Below are positions 19,886-31,294 of a DNA stretch of 64,000 bases, one piece after another; the first letter of the stretch is position 1; each line of letters begins with the position of its first letter. The position numbers and the translations under genes were made by a program. This DNA comes from an uncultured Thermoleophilia bacterium (GTDB lineage Bacteria > Actinomycetota > Thermoleophilia > UBA2241): positions 105,161 to 169,160 of the forward strand of contig CAVVGY010000006.1 of assembly GCA_963747935.1 (NCBI GenBank), given 5' to 3'. The notes under the pieces are model-generated. The model made no database searches. It was not told the origin of the DNA and was given only the letters and a program-made list of their open reading frames with translations.

Positions 19886-22800
19886 TCAGGCTGAGGCGGG
19901 CGGCAGGCCGTAGCCGCCGCCGCCCGGCGTCTCGATCACCAGCACGTCGCCCGGCCCCACGCGCACCTGCGCGACGCCCGGCAGCTCCTCCACGCTCCCG
20001 TCGGCGCGCTCCACCGCGTTGCGGCCGCATGCGCCGGGGAGGCCGCCGGCGAGCCCGTAGGGCGGCACCCGGCGGCCGCTCGAGACGATCGCCGCCGTGA
20101 GGGGCTCCAGGAACCTCAGGCGGCGGACCGCGCCGTCCCCGCCGCGGTGGGCGCCATCGCCACCGCTGCCCTCACGCACGCGGAACTCCTCCACGCGCAC
20201 CGGGTAGCGCCACTCCAGCACCTCCGGGTCGGTGAGCCGGGAGTTGGTCATGTGGGTGTGCACGGCGCTGCAGCCATCCCAGTCCCTCCCGGCCCCGGCG
20301 CCGCCGCAGATGGTCTCGTAGTACTGGTAGCGCTCGTCGCCGAAGGTGAGGTTGTTCATCGTGCCCTGACTGGCCGCGGCCGCGCCCAGGGCGCCGAGCA
20401 GCGCGGCCGTCACCGCCTGTGACGTCTCCACGTTGCCGGCCGCCACGGCGGCCGGCGGGACGGGCGAGAGCATGCTCCCCGGCGGGATCACGATGTCGAT
20501 GGGATCGAGGCAGCCGGCGTTGAGCGGGATGTCGGCGTCGACCAGTGTGCGGAACACGTAGAGCACGGCCGCCGTCGTCACGGCCGCCGGCGCGTTGAAG
20601 TTGTCGGCGCGTTGCGGCGAGGTGCCGGTGAAGTCGACGACGGCGCGGCGCGCCTCCGCGTCCACCGTCACCGCGACGACGATCGCGCTGCCGTCGTCGA
20701 GTCCCTGGCGGAAGCTGCGGGTGGCGGCGGGGACGTCCGCACCGGGCGCGCCGCCCCCGACGTCGGCGCCGGCGGCGGGCGCCGCCAGCCGGTCGAGGAC
20801 GCGGCGCACGGCCTCCGCGGCGTTGTCCTGCACGTGGCGCATGTATGCCGTCACCACGGGCAGGCCGAACTCGCCGGCCATGCGTGCGAGCTCGGACGCT
20901 CCGCGCGCGTTGGCGGCCACCTGCGCGCGCAGGTCGGCCAGGTTCTGCTGCAGGTCGCGGACGGGGTAGCGAGCCGAGGTCAACAGTCCCGCGACCTCGG
21001 CCTCTCGCAGCCGGCCGGCGTCGACCAGGTGGAAGTCCTCGATGAGGACGCCCTCCTCCTCGATGGTCCGGCTGCCCGGCGGCATCGACCCCGGCGTGAC
21101 GCCGCCCACGTCGGCGTGGTGGGCGCGGGAGGCGACGAAGAAGAGCGGCTGGCGAGGGCCACGGCCGGCGGCCGTCTCCGTCCCGCCGTCGATGAACACC
21201 GGGGTGACCACGGTCAGGTCGGGCAGGTGCGTGCCGCCCGCGTAGGGTGAGTTGAGCAGCCAGGCGTCGCCGGGGCGCATGCCGCCGCGGTGCCGCTCCA
21301 GTACGGCCTGCACGGACGCTCCCATCGAGCCGAGGTGGACGGGGAGGTGCGGTGCGTTGGCGACCAGTCCCCCGTCGGCGTCGAACACCGCGCAGCTGAA
21401 GTCCAGCCTCTCCTTGATGTTCACCGAGACCGCGGTGTTGGCCAGCGTGGCGCCCATCTGCTCGGCGATGGACATGAACAGGCTGTTGAACACCTCGAGG
21501 AGCAGCGGCGAGACGGTGTCGGGGTCGGCAGAGGGACGGGCGGGCGGCGCGGTCCTGCGCAGCAGCAGCTCGCCGCCCGCCCGCCGCTCTGCCCGCCAGC
21601 CCGGCTCTACGACGGTCGTGCTGGTGGCTTCGCAGATCACGGCCGGCCCCTCGACGACCGAGCCGGCGCCCAGGTCCTCGCGCAGGTAGACCGGCGCCTC
21701 ATGCCGTGCTCCCGCCGTGAAGACGGCGGCGACCTCACGTGGCTCGGCGTGCGTGCTCGGCTTGGGCGTCCGCCGCCCCTGCGCCCGCCTCGCCGCCGAT
21801 CGTCACCCCGCCGCGGGACTCGTCCTCGCCGCCTATCGCCGCCCCTGCTCCGATCGCCTCGGCGGAGACGGCCTCGAGCGTCAGCGCGCGCCCGGGCATG
21901 AGGAAGCCGTACCGCGCCTGGTGCACGCCGAGGAAGGCGCGCTCCATCTCGTCCGGCGCGCCCCAGGGCACCGCCAGCGAGACGTCCGTGCCCTGGTACT
22001 TGACGTGGCCGCGGCGCTCGACGCGGACCTGGGAGGCTGTGAGCCCCTGCCGGGCGAGCTCGTCGAGCGCCGCCGCCTCCACATCTGCGAGAGCGACGGC
22101 CACCTGCGGCGCGCCGGCGTCCGCCAGCGGCGCTTCGACGGTGCGCTCGCGCAGTGCGCGGACGTCCGCGAGGCCCATGCCGTAGGCGCTGAGCACGCCG
22201 GCGAGGGGGTGGAGCAGGATGCTCGTCATGCCGAGCGCGTCCGCGACCAGGCAGGCGTGCTGGCCGGCCGCGCCGCCGAAGCAGCAGAGCACGTGGCCGG
22301 TCACGTCGTGCCCGCGCTGGGTGGAGATCCGCTTGATGGCGCGGGCCATGGACTCGCAGGCCACGCGGATGAAGTCGTCGGCGAGCTGTTCGGGCGCCGG
22401 CGGCTCGACGCCGGCGGCGCGCATGCTCGCGGCCACGGCCGCGAGCGCCTGCCGCGCCGCCTCCTCGTCGAGCGCTCCGGCGCCGTCCGCCCCGAACACG
22501 TGCGGGAAGAACGCGGGCCTCAGCTTGCCCGCCACCAGGTTGCAGTCGGTCACGGTGAGGGGCCCGCCCTTGCCGTAGCAGGCCGGTCCGGGGTCGGCGC
22601 CGGCGCTCCGCGGCCCGACGCGGTACCTCCCGCCTTCGAACGTGCAGATCGACCCGCCGCCGGCCGCCACCGTGTGCACGCGCAGCATCGGCGAGCGCAA
22701 TCGCACGCCACCAACCACGCTCTCGTAGCTGCGTTCCAGCTCGCCCGCGTAGTGGCTCACGTCGGTGGACGTGCCGCCCATGTCGAACCCGATAACCTTG

Positions 22801-23717
22801 TCGAATCCCGCCCGTCCGCTCACCGCGACCGCCCCGACCACGCCTCCCGCGGGACCCGAGAGGACCGCGTCCTTGCCGCGGAACAGCGCCGCGTCGGTAA
22901 GGCCGCCGTGCGACTGCATGAACCGCAGGCGGACGTCGCCCAGCTGAGCCGCCACGCCGTCGACGTAGCGCCTCAATATGGGGGAGAGGTAGGCGTCGAC
23001 CACCGTGGTCTCGCCGCGCCCGACGAGCTTCATCAGCGGGCTGGTGTCGTGCGAGACGGAGACCTGCGAGAAGCCGGCGGCGCGCGCCAGCTCCGCCACG
23101 CGCCGCTCGTGCTCCGGGTGGGCGTAGCCGTGGACGAAGGCGATGGCGCAGGCGTCCAGGCCGGCGCGGCGGGCTTCTTCGAGCCCGCGCCGCGTGCCCT
23201 CCTCATCGAGGGGGCGTACCACCTGCCCGTCCGCGCCCACGCGCTCGTCCACCTCGAGCACGCGCGCGTAGGCGGGCGCGGGCAGGCGGATGTCGAGCGC
23301 GAAGATGTCCGGACGGTCCTGATAGCCGATGCGCAGCGCGTCGCCGAACCCGCGCGTGGTCACGTACAGCGTCGGCGTGCCCTCGCGCTCCAGGAGCGCG
23401 TTGGTCGCCACGGTGGTGCCCATGCGGACCTCGGCGACGAGCGCCTCTGGGATCGGCTCGTCGCAGTCACAGTCGCCGCCGACACCGCCGCCGCCGTCAC
23501 GCTCGCCGCCGCCGCCACCCCGCAGCCCGAGCAGACGCCGCACCCCTTCGATCGCGGCGTCCTCGTACCGCCCCGGGTCTGCCGAGAGCAGCTTGTGGAT
23601 GCGCAGGGAGCCGTCCGGCGCCTGCGCCACCACGTCCGTGAACGTACCGCCGCGGTCGATCCAGAAGCGCCAGCCGGCGCCGCGCGAGGCGTGTTCTGCA
23701 GCCTTGGCTCCCATCAA
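19886..23717 (-). CDS. 5-oxoprolinase/hydantoinase, fused HyuA-HyuB single polypeptide (one frame break near 21750)
   Basis: The N-terminal HyuA part begins WRFWIDRGGTFTDVV. The C-terminal HyuB part contains LEVFNSLFMSIAEQMG...HLPVHLGSM. The HyuB frame is open upstream through the HyuA stop (…PREVAAVFTAGARHEAPVYLREDLGAGSVVEGPAVICEATSTTVVEPGW). Total length is 3n+1. Confidence 0.85.
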
Positions 23718-23840
23718 CCGGCGAGGCTACCACGGGCGCGGGCCGCGAGGGGCGGGCGGCGCGGGCGCGGTCAGGGGCCGCCGCGCCCGCAGGTCGCCGC
23801 CGGGCCGGGTGTGACTGTCCGTCCGGCCATCACGACGCCG

Positions 23841-24155
23841 TCACGGCGCCGTCAGTATCCGTTCGTCCTCGAAGAGGATGTGCTCCCCGAGGTCGCGCAG
23901 CGAGAGGTTGAGGAAGATCCGGTGCCCGTCGAAGTCGAGCACGCGCATGTCGTCGCGCGTCTCCAGTTGCTCGGCGATGTCACGGAACGTGTAGCCGTAG
24001 AGGTCGCGCAAATGGTCGATGGGGACCTCCCACGCCAGGAACTTGGCCAGCCCCTTGACCCGCAGCTTGGCGATGAGCGCCGGGTCGTCGATCGTGGGAT
24101 ACGAGCTCAGGATCAGCAGCGGTCCCGATCCGCTGAGCACGAGGATGCCCTTCAT
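23841..24155 (-). CDS. Hypothetical protein (104 aa), no family recognised
   Basis: Strong SD (GAGGGGGTGA) before the ATG, and a non-GC-biased amino-acid composition unlike the off-frame ORFs. Confidence 0.5.
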   Translation of the reverse strand: MKGILVLSGSGPLLILSSYPTIDDPALIAKLRVKGLAKFLAWEVPIDHLRDLYGYTFRDIAEQLETRDDMRVLDFDGHRIFLNLSLRDLGEHILFEDERILTAP

Positions 24156-24297
24156 GCGATCACCCCCTCTCGAACCTCAGATATCGAGCCTCAGGCTCAA
24201 AGGATTCCCACGGCCGGCCGGCGCGAAATGCGTTTGGGGCGCCGGCGCAAGCGCCGTGGGGGTGGTCGGGCGGCTGCTGTTGCCGTCCTCTGAAGAC

Positions 24298-24392
24298 GGA
24301 TAGCCGGCGGCTACACATTTTCGGCCTACCGTCGGCGCGAAGCGCCGAATGGATAGCCGTCGGCTATCCGCGAACAGAGTGTCCGTCGGTAG
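24298..24392. promoter_or_regulatory. Array of four CCG-N-CGG-centred palindromic sites (consensus TAGCCGnCGGCTA)
   Basis: GGATAGCCGGCGGCTACAC (24298-24316), CTACCGTCGGCG (24326-24337), the perfect palindrome GGATAGCCGTCGGCTATCC (24351-24369) and GTCCGTCGGTAG (24381-24392). Confidence 0.45.
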
Positions 24393-24415
24393 TGCTGGAG
24401 CGGTCGCTCGCCCGG

Positions 24416-24421
24416 TATACT
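24416..24421 (+). promoter_or_regulatory. Candidate -10 box TATACT 8 nt before the GTG start of nth (near-leaderless)
   Basis: Sequence reads GGTATACTCCCGTTTCGTG. No SD is present. Confidence 0.35.
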
Positions 24422-24429
24422 CCCGTTTC

Positions 24430-25111
24430 GTGAGCGCCCCGTCACCCGCAGAACGCCTCAAGCAGGCGACCGACATCCTGGACGACTTCTACGGCCGCCC
24501 CGTGCTCTCGCCGCGCTATCCGCCGGTCGACGAACTGGTGTTCACCGTGCTCAGCCAGAACACCGCCGACGTGAACACCGAGCGCACGTTCGCGTCGCTC
24601 AAGGCGAGGTTCCCGGACTGGACCTGCGGCGCGCGATGCGTCGTCCGAGGAGATCGAAGAGGCCATCGCCCTCGGCGGACTCGCGCACACCAAGGCGCCG
24701 CGCATCAAGCGGATCCTCGAGGCGATCAGCGAGCGGACCGGCGCGCCGGACCTCAGCGAATTGGACGAGATGAGCGACCAGGAGGCCGTGGACTACCTGG
24801 TCGCGTTGCCCGGGGTCGGACCCAAGACGGCCGCGTGCGTGCTGCTGTTCGCGCTCGGGCGGCCGGTGATGCCGGTGGACACGCACGTCCACCGGCTCGC
24901 CCGGCGACTCGGCATCATCGACGAGAAGGTGACGGCCGACCAGGCGCACCCGTTGCTCACGGAGCTGTCCGGCCCGGACGACGCGGAGCAGGTCTACGCC
25001 GTGCACGTGGACTTCGTGCGGCACGGCCGCCGCATCTGCCACGCCCGGCGGCCGGCCTGCGGGGAGTGCCCCCTGGCGCCGATGTGCCCGTCGGCCGGCC
25101 TACCTGCCTGA
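24430..25111 (+). CDS. nth: Endonuclease III (HhH-GPD DNA glycosylase with [4Fe-4S] loop); one frame break near 24620
   Basis: ELVFTVLSQNTADVNTERTF..., then in the next frame LPGVGPKTAACVLLFALGRPVMPVDTHVHR and CHARRPACGECPLAPMC. Length is 3n+1. Confidence 0.85.
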
Positions 25112-27843
25112 CCCGGCGGCCTCCGCGGCAGCCTGGGCCGCCGCCTTGGAGCACGCGTTGCCCGGGTCTTCGGCCGTGCCGAGCCAGCGGTCCAGCAGGT
25201 GGGTCTTCCAGACGAGCAGGCAGAGCTGGCTCCAGACGAACGCGAGCCCGAGCAGCACGAAGTACTGCCACCACGGCAGGGCGGTGATCTCGAACAACGT
25301 GCGCCCGAGCGGCACCACCAGCACCACGAGCATGCTCAGGAACAGGAACGCGACCACGCCCAGCATCCGGCTGTCGTTGCGCACGACGGGCGCGCCGCCG
25401 GCCCACCACTTGCTCGGCGGCACGATGAGCAGGATGAGGAAGATGGCGGCGAAGCAGGCGAAGATGGTCAGCGCCGTCATCGCCTGCGGGTAACCCGTGG
25501 CGGCTAGTTCGGTCTCCGTGGCGGCCGTGCCGGCGGCGACGTGCTCGGCCGGGATGCTCCAGACGAGGTAGACCCCGGTGCCGATCGCCGTCATGAACAC
25601 GACCGCGGGCATCACGAACCGGGCCAGCAGCTTGAACAGGCCGACCTTGGGCGTCGGGCCCGGCTGCGCCCACAGGGCGAAGGCGATGGCGGGCACCGTG
25701 GCGCCGAAGAACGAGAGCAGCGCCGACTGGCGGGGCGCGAACGGGAACCCGCCGATCATGGTGACGATGAGGATCATCGCCGCCTTGAAGAAGATGCGGA
25801 CCATGAAGATGCGCAGGATGTCGTTCATGCCGTTGATGATCCGCTGCCCCTCTGAGAAGGCGAACGGGAGCGGAGCGAACGTGTCCTTCATCAGGATGAG
25901 GTCGCCGACGCTGCGGGCGGCCTGGCTGCCGCCCTGCATGGCCACGGCGACGTTGGCCTGCTTGAGCGCGATGACGTCGTTGACGCCGTCGCCGATCATC
26001 GCGACGTAGCGGCCGCGGCTGCGCAGGGCCGCGACGAGGTCCTGCTTCTGCTCGGGCGTGACGCGGCCGAAGATGGCGGCTTCGTCGGCCTTGGCCGCGA
26101 ACTCGTCCGGAGGGAGCTCGGCGAGCTCGGCGCCGGAGACGGCCACGAGCTCGCGCGGCAGCGGCGCGGTGACGTCGTCGGGCGCGGCGGTGGGCGCGGC
26201 GGACCCGCCGGCGGATGGGCGTCGGGCGCGGAGGTCTCCGCCGCGCCCGTCACGAGGTCGCAGTACGAGTCCACGCCCTCGCGCCGTTGCAGCGTCTGCA
26301 TGCCGGCCTGCTTGGCGAGGGCGACGACCGTCTTGGGGTTGTCGCCGGAGATGACCTTGACGCTGATGCCGGCGTCGGAGAACCCCTTGAGCGTCTCGTG
26401 GACGCCCTCGCGCAGCTCGTCGCTGAAGCAGATGAGCGCGACGGCGCGGAGGCCGTCGGGCAGGACGGGCGGGGTGTCCGGGTCGGGGCCGAAGGCGACG
26501 GCGTCGTCGCGTCCGCAGAAGAGGACGACGCGCAGGCCGCGCGCGGCCCACTCGTCGGCCTGAGCGCGCCAGGCGGCTTCGGCGCCGGCGCCCAGCGCCG
26601 GCGCCAGCATCTCGGGCGCGCCGAGCACGTAGGTGCCCTGCGCGTCGCCGTCCGCGAACGCGAGGCCGCTCCACTTGCGGTCCGAGCTGAAGAAGGCCTC
26701 GTGTGCGGCCGTCACGCGCTCCGCCGGAAGCGCTGTGCGGAGCGCCTCGATCGTCCGGTTGGCGTCGGTGGTGCTGGCGGCGAAGGCGGCCAGCAGGTGC
26801 GTCGCCCGCTGCATGGCCTGCTCGCCGCTCGCGTCCGCGCCCAGCGGCGCCAGCTCCTCGAACTTCACCACGCCCGACGTGAGCGTCCCGGTCTTGTCGG
26901 TGCAGAGCACGTCCACGTTACTCAGGCTCTCGATGGCGTTGAACTGCTGCACCAGCACGTCCTTGCCGAGCAGGCGTACGGCTCCCAGGGCGTAGGTGAG
27001 CGCGATGCTCAGCACCAGTCCGTTGGGGATGAGCGCGAGGATGACGGTGGACATGCGCACGCTCTCCACGAACGGCACGTCCACGAGGATGTTGCGCGCC
27101 CACACGAGGGTCTCGAACACGATGACCACGATGAGCAGGACGCGCACGATCTGCAGCACCTGCCGCTGCAGTGGGGTGAGCTCGCGCTTGTAGGCCGTGG
27201 CCTTGGCGGTGAGCTTGTTGGCGAAGCTCTCGAGGCCGACGCGCTCCGCCTCGTAGAAGCCGCCGCCGGTCATGCAGAAGCTGCCCGACATGAGCTCGTC
27301 GCCGGGATGCTTGGTGACGAGGTCCGACTCACCGGTGAGCAGGCTCTCATCCACCTCCATGCGGCCCTCGCCGACCATCGGCCCGTCCACGACCACCTGG
27401 TCGCCGGGCTCGAGCCGGAGGATGTCGCCGAGCACGACCTGCGACGGGTCCAGATCGGTCAGCTGCCCGTCGCGGAGCACGTCGGCCTTGGGCCGCAGGA
27501 GGATCGCCATCTTGTCCATGACCCGCTTGGCGCGGACCTCCTGGAACAGGCTGATCACGGTGTTGGCGAAGATGACGAACACCACCGCGAACGCGTCCAG
27601 CGGCTTGCCCAGCACCAGCAGCAGGATGCCGAGGATGTAGAAGAGGTTGTTGATGAAGTTGAAGACGTTGTCCCGGACGATGCGCCCGTAGGTGCGCCCG
27701 GCGCGGATCTCGACGTCGTTGCCCTGGCCCGCGGCACGCCGCCGGTCGGCCTCAGCGGTGCTGAGGCCGGTGAGCGGCGGCGCGTCTGTCTCCACTGTGC
27801 TCATCAGGAGGACGGTACCAGAAGAGGGACGAGGGCGCGGCAC
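25100..27843 (-). CDS. P-type (HAD-type) cation-transporting ATPase; frame break near 26190-26215
   Basis: TGESDLV, phosphorylation motif CTDKTGTLT, hinge motif MIGDGVNDVIALKQA, and a C-terminal TM bundle in a second frame. The start is uncertain (27843 GTG or 27804 ATG). Confidence 0.85.
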
Positions 27844-27917
27844 CCTCTGTAGAGTCGCCCGCGCGCGGGCAGGGCAGCATAGTTGACGAGAGCGTCGTCG
27901 AAGCGGAGGGCGAGCGT

Positions 27918-28517
27918 GTGAAGGTACGCGACAGCGGCATGCCTGAGAGGGAGATGTGGGAGCGGCTCTTCGACGTGGAGCTCATACTCGAGCGCCTGCA
28001 GGTGGACGGCGCGCTCCGCGACGTTGCCGAACTGGGCTGCGGACACGGGACGTTCACGATCCCCCTCGCGCGCCGGACAGGCGGACAGGTGCGCGCCTTC
28101 GACGTGGAGCCGGAGATGGTCGAGGCGACGCGCCGGCGGGCGGCGGACGAAGGGCTGCGCAACGTCGCCGTGGAGCGTCGTGACGTCATCGCGGACGGCT
28201 TCGGGCTGCCGCCCGGCTCGCAGGACGCGTGCCTGCTCTTCAACATCCTGCACCACGACGACCCCGTGGCGCTGCTCGCCCTGGCCGCCGAGGTGGTCCG
28301 GCCGGGCGGCCGGGTGCTCGTCATCCACTGGCGGTACGACGCCTCGACCCCTCGCGGTCCCGACCTCAGCATCCGGCCACGGCCGGAGCAGATCGTGGAG
28401 TGGGCCGCCGCGACCGGTGCGCTCGGCGCGGACGGCGGCGTCATCGACCTGCCGCCGTGGCACTACGGGCTGGCCCTCGTGCGGCCGCTCAGGCCGGACC
28501 GGCGAGCGGCAGGCTGA
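27918..28517 (+). CDS. Class I SAM-dependent methyltransferase
   Basis: Motif I VAELGCGHGTF, an acidic loop FDVEPEMV, and post-I/II motifs. Confidence 0.8.
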   Translation: MKVRDSGMPEREMWERLFDVELILERLQVDGALRDVAELGCGHGTFTIPLARRTGGQVRAFDVEPEMVEATRRRAADEGLRNVAVERRDVIADGFGLPPGSQDACLLFNILHHDDPVALLALAAEVVRPGGRVLVIHWRYDASTPRGPDLSIRPRPEQIVEWAAATGALGADGGVIDLPPWHYGLALVRPLRPDRRAAG

Positions 28518-29832
28518 CCCGGAACACCGATCCCTCGCCGGGCACGCTCTCCACGGTCACCTCGCCGCCGTGCGCCTGCACGAGCTCCTTGACGATGGAG
28601 AGGCCGATGCCGGCGCCGCCCGTCTCGCGGGAGCGCGACTTCTCGCCGCGCCAGAACCGCGTGAACACGCGCGGCAGGTCCTCGGGCGCGATGCCGATGC
28701 CGGTGTCGCGCACCTCGAGCTCCGCGCGGTCGCCGTCCGGGCCGGCGGTCACCAGCACCGACCCGCCGGCGTCCGTGTAGCGCAGCGCGTTCGAGAGCAG
28801 GTTCACCGCGACCTGCTCGAGCCGCCGGGGGTCGCCGTCCACGACGGCGGGCCGGACGTCAGAGGCCAGCTCGATGCCCTTGTCCGCGAACGCCGCCGCG
28901 AACGCCGCCGTCTGCGCGGCGGCCACGGCGGCAAGGTCCACCGGCTCGGTCTCGAGCAGCAGGCCCGGCCGTTCGGCCTCGGCGAGCGCGGAGAGGTCGT
29001 CCAGGAGCCGGGCCAGCCGCAGCGCCTCGTCGTGCATCGCCGAGAGGTTGGCCGCCTCGTCCTCCAGCACGCCGTCCTGGGCGGCCTCCACGCGCGCGAG
29101 GACGCCCATCACCGGCGTGCGCAGCTCGTGCGCGAGGTCCTGCACGCTCTCCTTGCGCAGTCCCTCCTCCTGCTGCAGCGTCTCGGCCAGGCGGTTGAGC
29201 GCCGCCGCCACCGAGCGCATCTCGTCGTCGCCGCTCTCGGGCACCCGGGTGTCCAGGTCGCCGGCGGTCATGGCTTCGGCGCCGGCGCGGATGCTGCGCA
29301 GCGGGCGCGAGAGCGTCACCGCGAGGTACAGCGCCACCAGCACGGCGATGGCGGCGGAGAGCGCGCCGGCGACGACGTGCATGCGCAGCAGCTCCTGGCG
29401 GAGCTGGATCTCCTCAGCCGTGAACAGCCGGCCGTCGTCGCGGCTCACGACCACCTTGCCGATCAGCTCGCCGCCGGCCTTGACCGGGGCCGTGGCGGCC
29501 GCCCCCTCCTGCACCGGCCCTGAGGGCGGGTGCGAGAACACCAGCCGGCCCTGTGCGTCGTAGAGGTCCACCGCGAGGAACTCCAGCTGCGCGAGGTGGT
29601 GCAGGGTCTCCACCGCCTGCTGGTCCCACGCCCCGTTGCGCGAGACCACGGCGGCCACGTCGCCGAAGTGGGCGGCGGAGTTGTGCAGGCGGGTCCTGGC
29701 CGAGTCCTCGAGGTGCGAGGTGAGGCTGAAACTGGAGTACAGCGTGGTGATGACGGTGCCGAGCAGGGCCACGACCACGAACGCCGCCACCAGGCGCGCC
29801 CGCAGGCCTCCGTGCCGGCGGCGGGCGCTCAT
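28489..29832 (-). CDS. Sensor histidine kinase (TM-HAMP-HisKA-HATPase_c)
   Basis: H-box AHELRTPV, N-box LLSNALRYT, G-boxes DTGIGIAPEDL and GGAGIGLSIVKELV. ATG 29832 follows GGGAGAGGGAG. Confidence 0.9.
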   Translation of the reverse strand: MSARRRHGGLRARLVAAFVVVALLGTVITTLYSSFSLTSHLEDSARTRLHNSAAHFGDVAAVVSRNGAWDQQAVETLHHLAQLEFLAVDLYDAQGRLVFSHPPSGPVQEGAAATAPVKAGGELIGKVVVSRDDGRLFTAEEIQLRQELLRMHVVAGALSAAIAVLVALYLAVTLSRPLRSIRAGAEAMTAGDLDTRVPESGDDEMRSVAAALNRLAETLQQEEGLRKESVQDLAHELRTPVMGVLARVEAAQDGVLEDEAANLSAMHDEALRLARLLDDLSALAEAERPGLLLETEPVDLAAVAAAQTAAFAAAFADKGIELASDVRPAVVDGDPRRLEQVAVNLLSNALRYTDAGGSVLVTAGPDGDRAELEVRDTGIGIAPEDLPRVFTRFWRGEKSRSRETGGAGIGLSIVKELVQAHGGEVTVESVPGEGSVFRVSLPLAGPA

Positions 29833-29881
29833 GACGCTCCCTCTCCCGGCGTACACGAGCGGGACAACGTAGGTATACCGC

Positions 29882-30580
29882 TCACAGCCTGGCCAGCCGG
29901 TACCCGACGCCCGTCACGGTCTCGATGTAGCGCGGCCTGGAGGGGTCCGGCTCGATCTTCTTGCGCAGGTTCTTGACGTGGACGTCGATGGTGCGCTCGT
30001 AGCCCTCGTAGTCGTAGCCCTGCACGCGGTCGACGAGCTCGAACCGCGAGTAGGCGCGCCCGGGGTAGCGCGCGAGCGCCAGCAGGAGCTTGTACTCGTT
30101 GGGCGTGAGGTCCACGGGCTGCCCGTCGCGCAGCACGGCGCGCTTGACGGTGTCGATCTCGAGGCGCCCCTCGTCGAAGCGGAGGACTTCCACGAGGGGC
30201 GTCTCCACGCCGCCGCTGCGGCGCAGCACCGCGCGCACACGAGCGACCAGCTCGCGCGGGCTGAACGGCTTGACCAGGTAGTCGTCGGCGCCCGACATGA
30301 GGCCGGCGATCCGTTCTTCCTCGCCGGCCTTGGCCGTGAGCATGACGATGGGCACGTCCGACCGGCCGCGGACCTCCTCGCAGATCTCCTCGCCGCTCAC
30401 GTCGGGGAGCATGAGGTCCAGCACGATGAGGTCGGGGTTCTTGCGCTCGGCCAGGGCGAGCCCGTCCCGGCCGTTGGCGGCCGTGAACACGGTGAACCCG
30501 TCCTTCTCCAGGTACGCCTTGACCACGTCCCGGACGGACTCCTCGTCGTCGATCACCACGATCCTCTGCGGTCCGCTCAC
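29882..30580 (-). CDS. OmpR/PhoB-family response regulator
   Basis: Receiver domain (RIVVIDDE...DLIVLDLMLPDVSG...MLTAK) and a winged-helix output domain (TPNEYKLLLALA...TIDVHVKNLRKKIE). Confidence 0.9.
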   Translation of the reverse strand: MSGPQRIVVIDDEESVRDVVKAYLEKDGFTVFTAANGRDGLALAERKNPDLIVLDLMLPDVSGEEICEEVRGRSDVPIVMLTAKAGEEERIAGLMSGADDYLVKPFSPRELVARVRAVLRRSGGVETPLVEVLRFDEGRLEIDTVKRAVLRDGQPVDLTPNEYKLLLALARYPGRAYSRFELVDRVQGYDYEGYERTIDVHVKNLRKKIEPDPSRPRYIETVTGVGYRLARL

Positions 30581-30720
30581 GCTCTCGCCTCACTCCTCGC
30601 GGTCTCTCGCGGCAGCGTACCCACATTTCTACACAACTTCTTCACCTCGACCCCCTACAGTGCCCCCACGCACACCACACCATGCCCGGTCCAGCCAGGC
30701 CTCGCACAGGGAGGAAGACC

Positions 30721-31290
30721 TTGTCATCAAAGCAGACCAAGAGGAACCGCGCCGCCGGTCAGGCTCAAAGCTCCCAGACCGTCCGCCAGGAGAAGCGCGC
30801 GCAGTTCGAGCAGCCCAAGAAGGGCGTCAGCCTGCACCTGGTGCTCGCCGCGGTCGCGCTCGTGATCGTGGTCGCCGTGGCGGCGATCGTCGTCATGAAC
30901 CGCGGAGGCAGCGGCGCCGAGGCGGCCACCGCGACCGCCGCCGCCCCGAGCGGCGACGTGACCATCCCCATCTCCCAGGTCAGCGACGGCAAGGCGCACT
31001 TCTACAGCTACGACGCCGGCGGCACCACGGTCCGCTACTTCGTGCTGGCGGACAAGAACGGCAAGGTCCGCGCCGCGCTCGACGCCTGCGAGGTCTGCTA
31101 CGCGCAGAAGAAGGGCTACACGCAGCAGGGCGACGCCATGCAGTGCAACAACTGCGGCAAGGTGTTCCAGAGCGACCAGATCAACGTCATCACCGGCGGC
31201 TGCAACCCCATCCCGCTCGACAAGACCATCTCCGGCGGTCAGATGACCATCACCCCGGACAGCCTCACCCAGGGCGCGCAGTACTTCTGA
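30721..31290 (+). CDS. DUF2318-like membrane-anchored Cys-rich (CxxC...CxxC) protein
   Basis: One TM helix, then AHFYSY...VRYFVLADKNGKVRAALDACEVCYAQKKGYTQQGDAMQCNNCGKVF...GGCNPIPL. TTG 30721 lies 6 nt after GGAGG; the alternative start is ATG 30682. Confidence 0.7.
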   Translation: MSSKQTKRNRAAGQAQSSQTVRQEKRAQFEQPKKGVSLHLVLAAVALVIVVAVAAIVVMNRGGSGAEAATATAAAPSGDVTIPISQVSDGKAHFYSYDAGGTTVRYFVLADKNGKVRAALDACEVCYAQKKGYTQQGDAMQCNNCGKVFQSDQINVITGGCNPIPLDKTISGGQMTITPDSLTQGAQYF

Positions 31291-31294
31291 TCCT

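Noticed and set aside
21640-21735. Separate hyuA and hyuB genes with a 95-bp spacer.
   Set aside because: The 'spacer' encodes conserved HyuA C-terminal sequence in the hyuB frame, so the two ORFs form one gene with a frame break.
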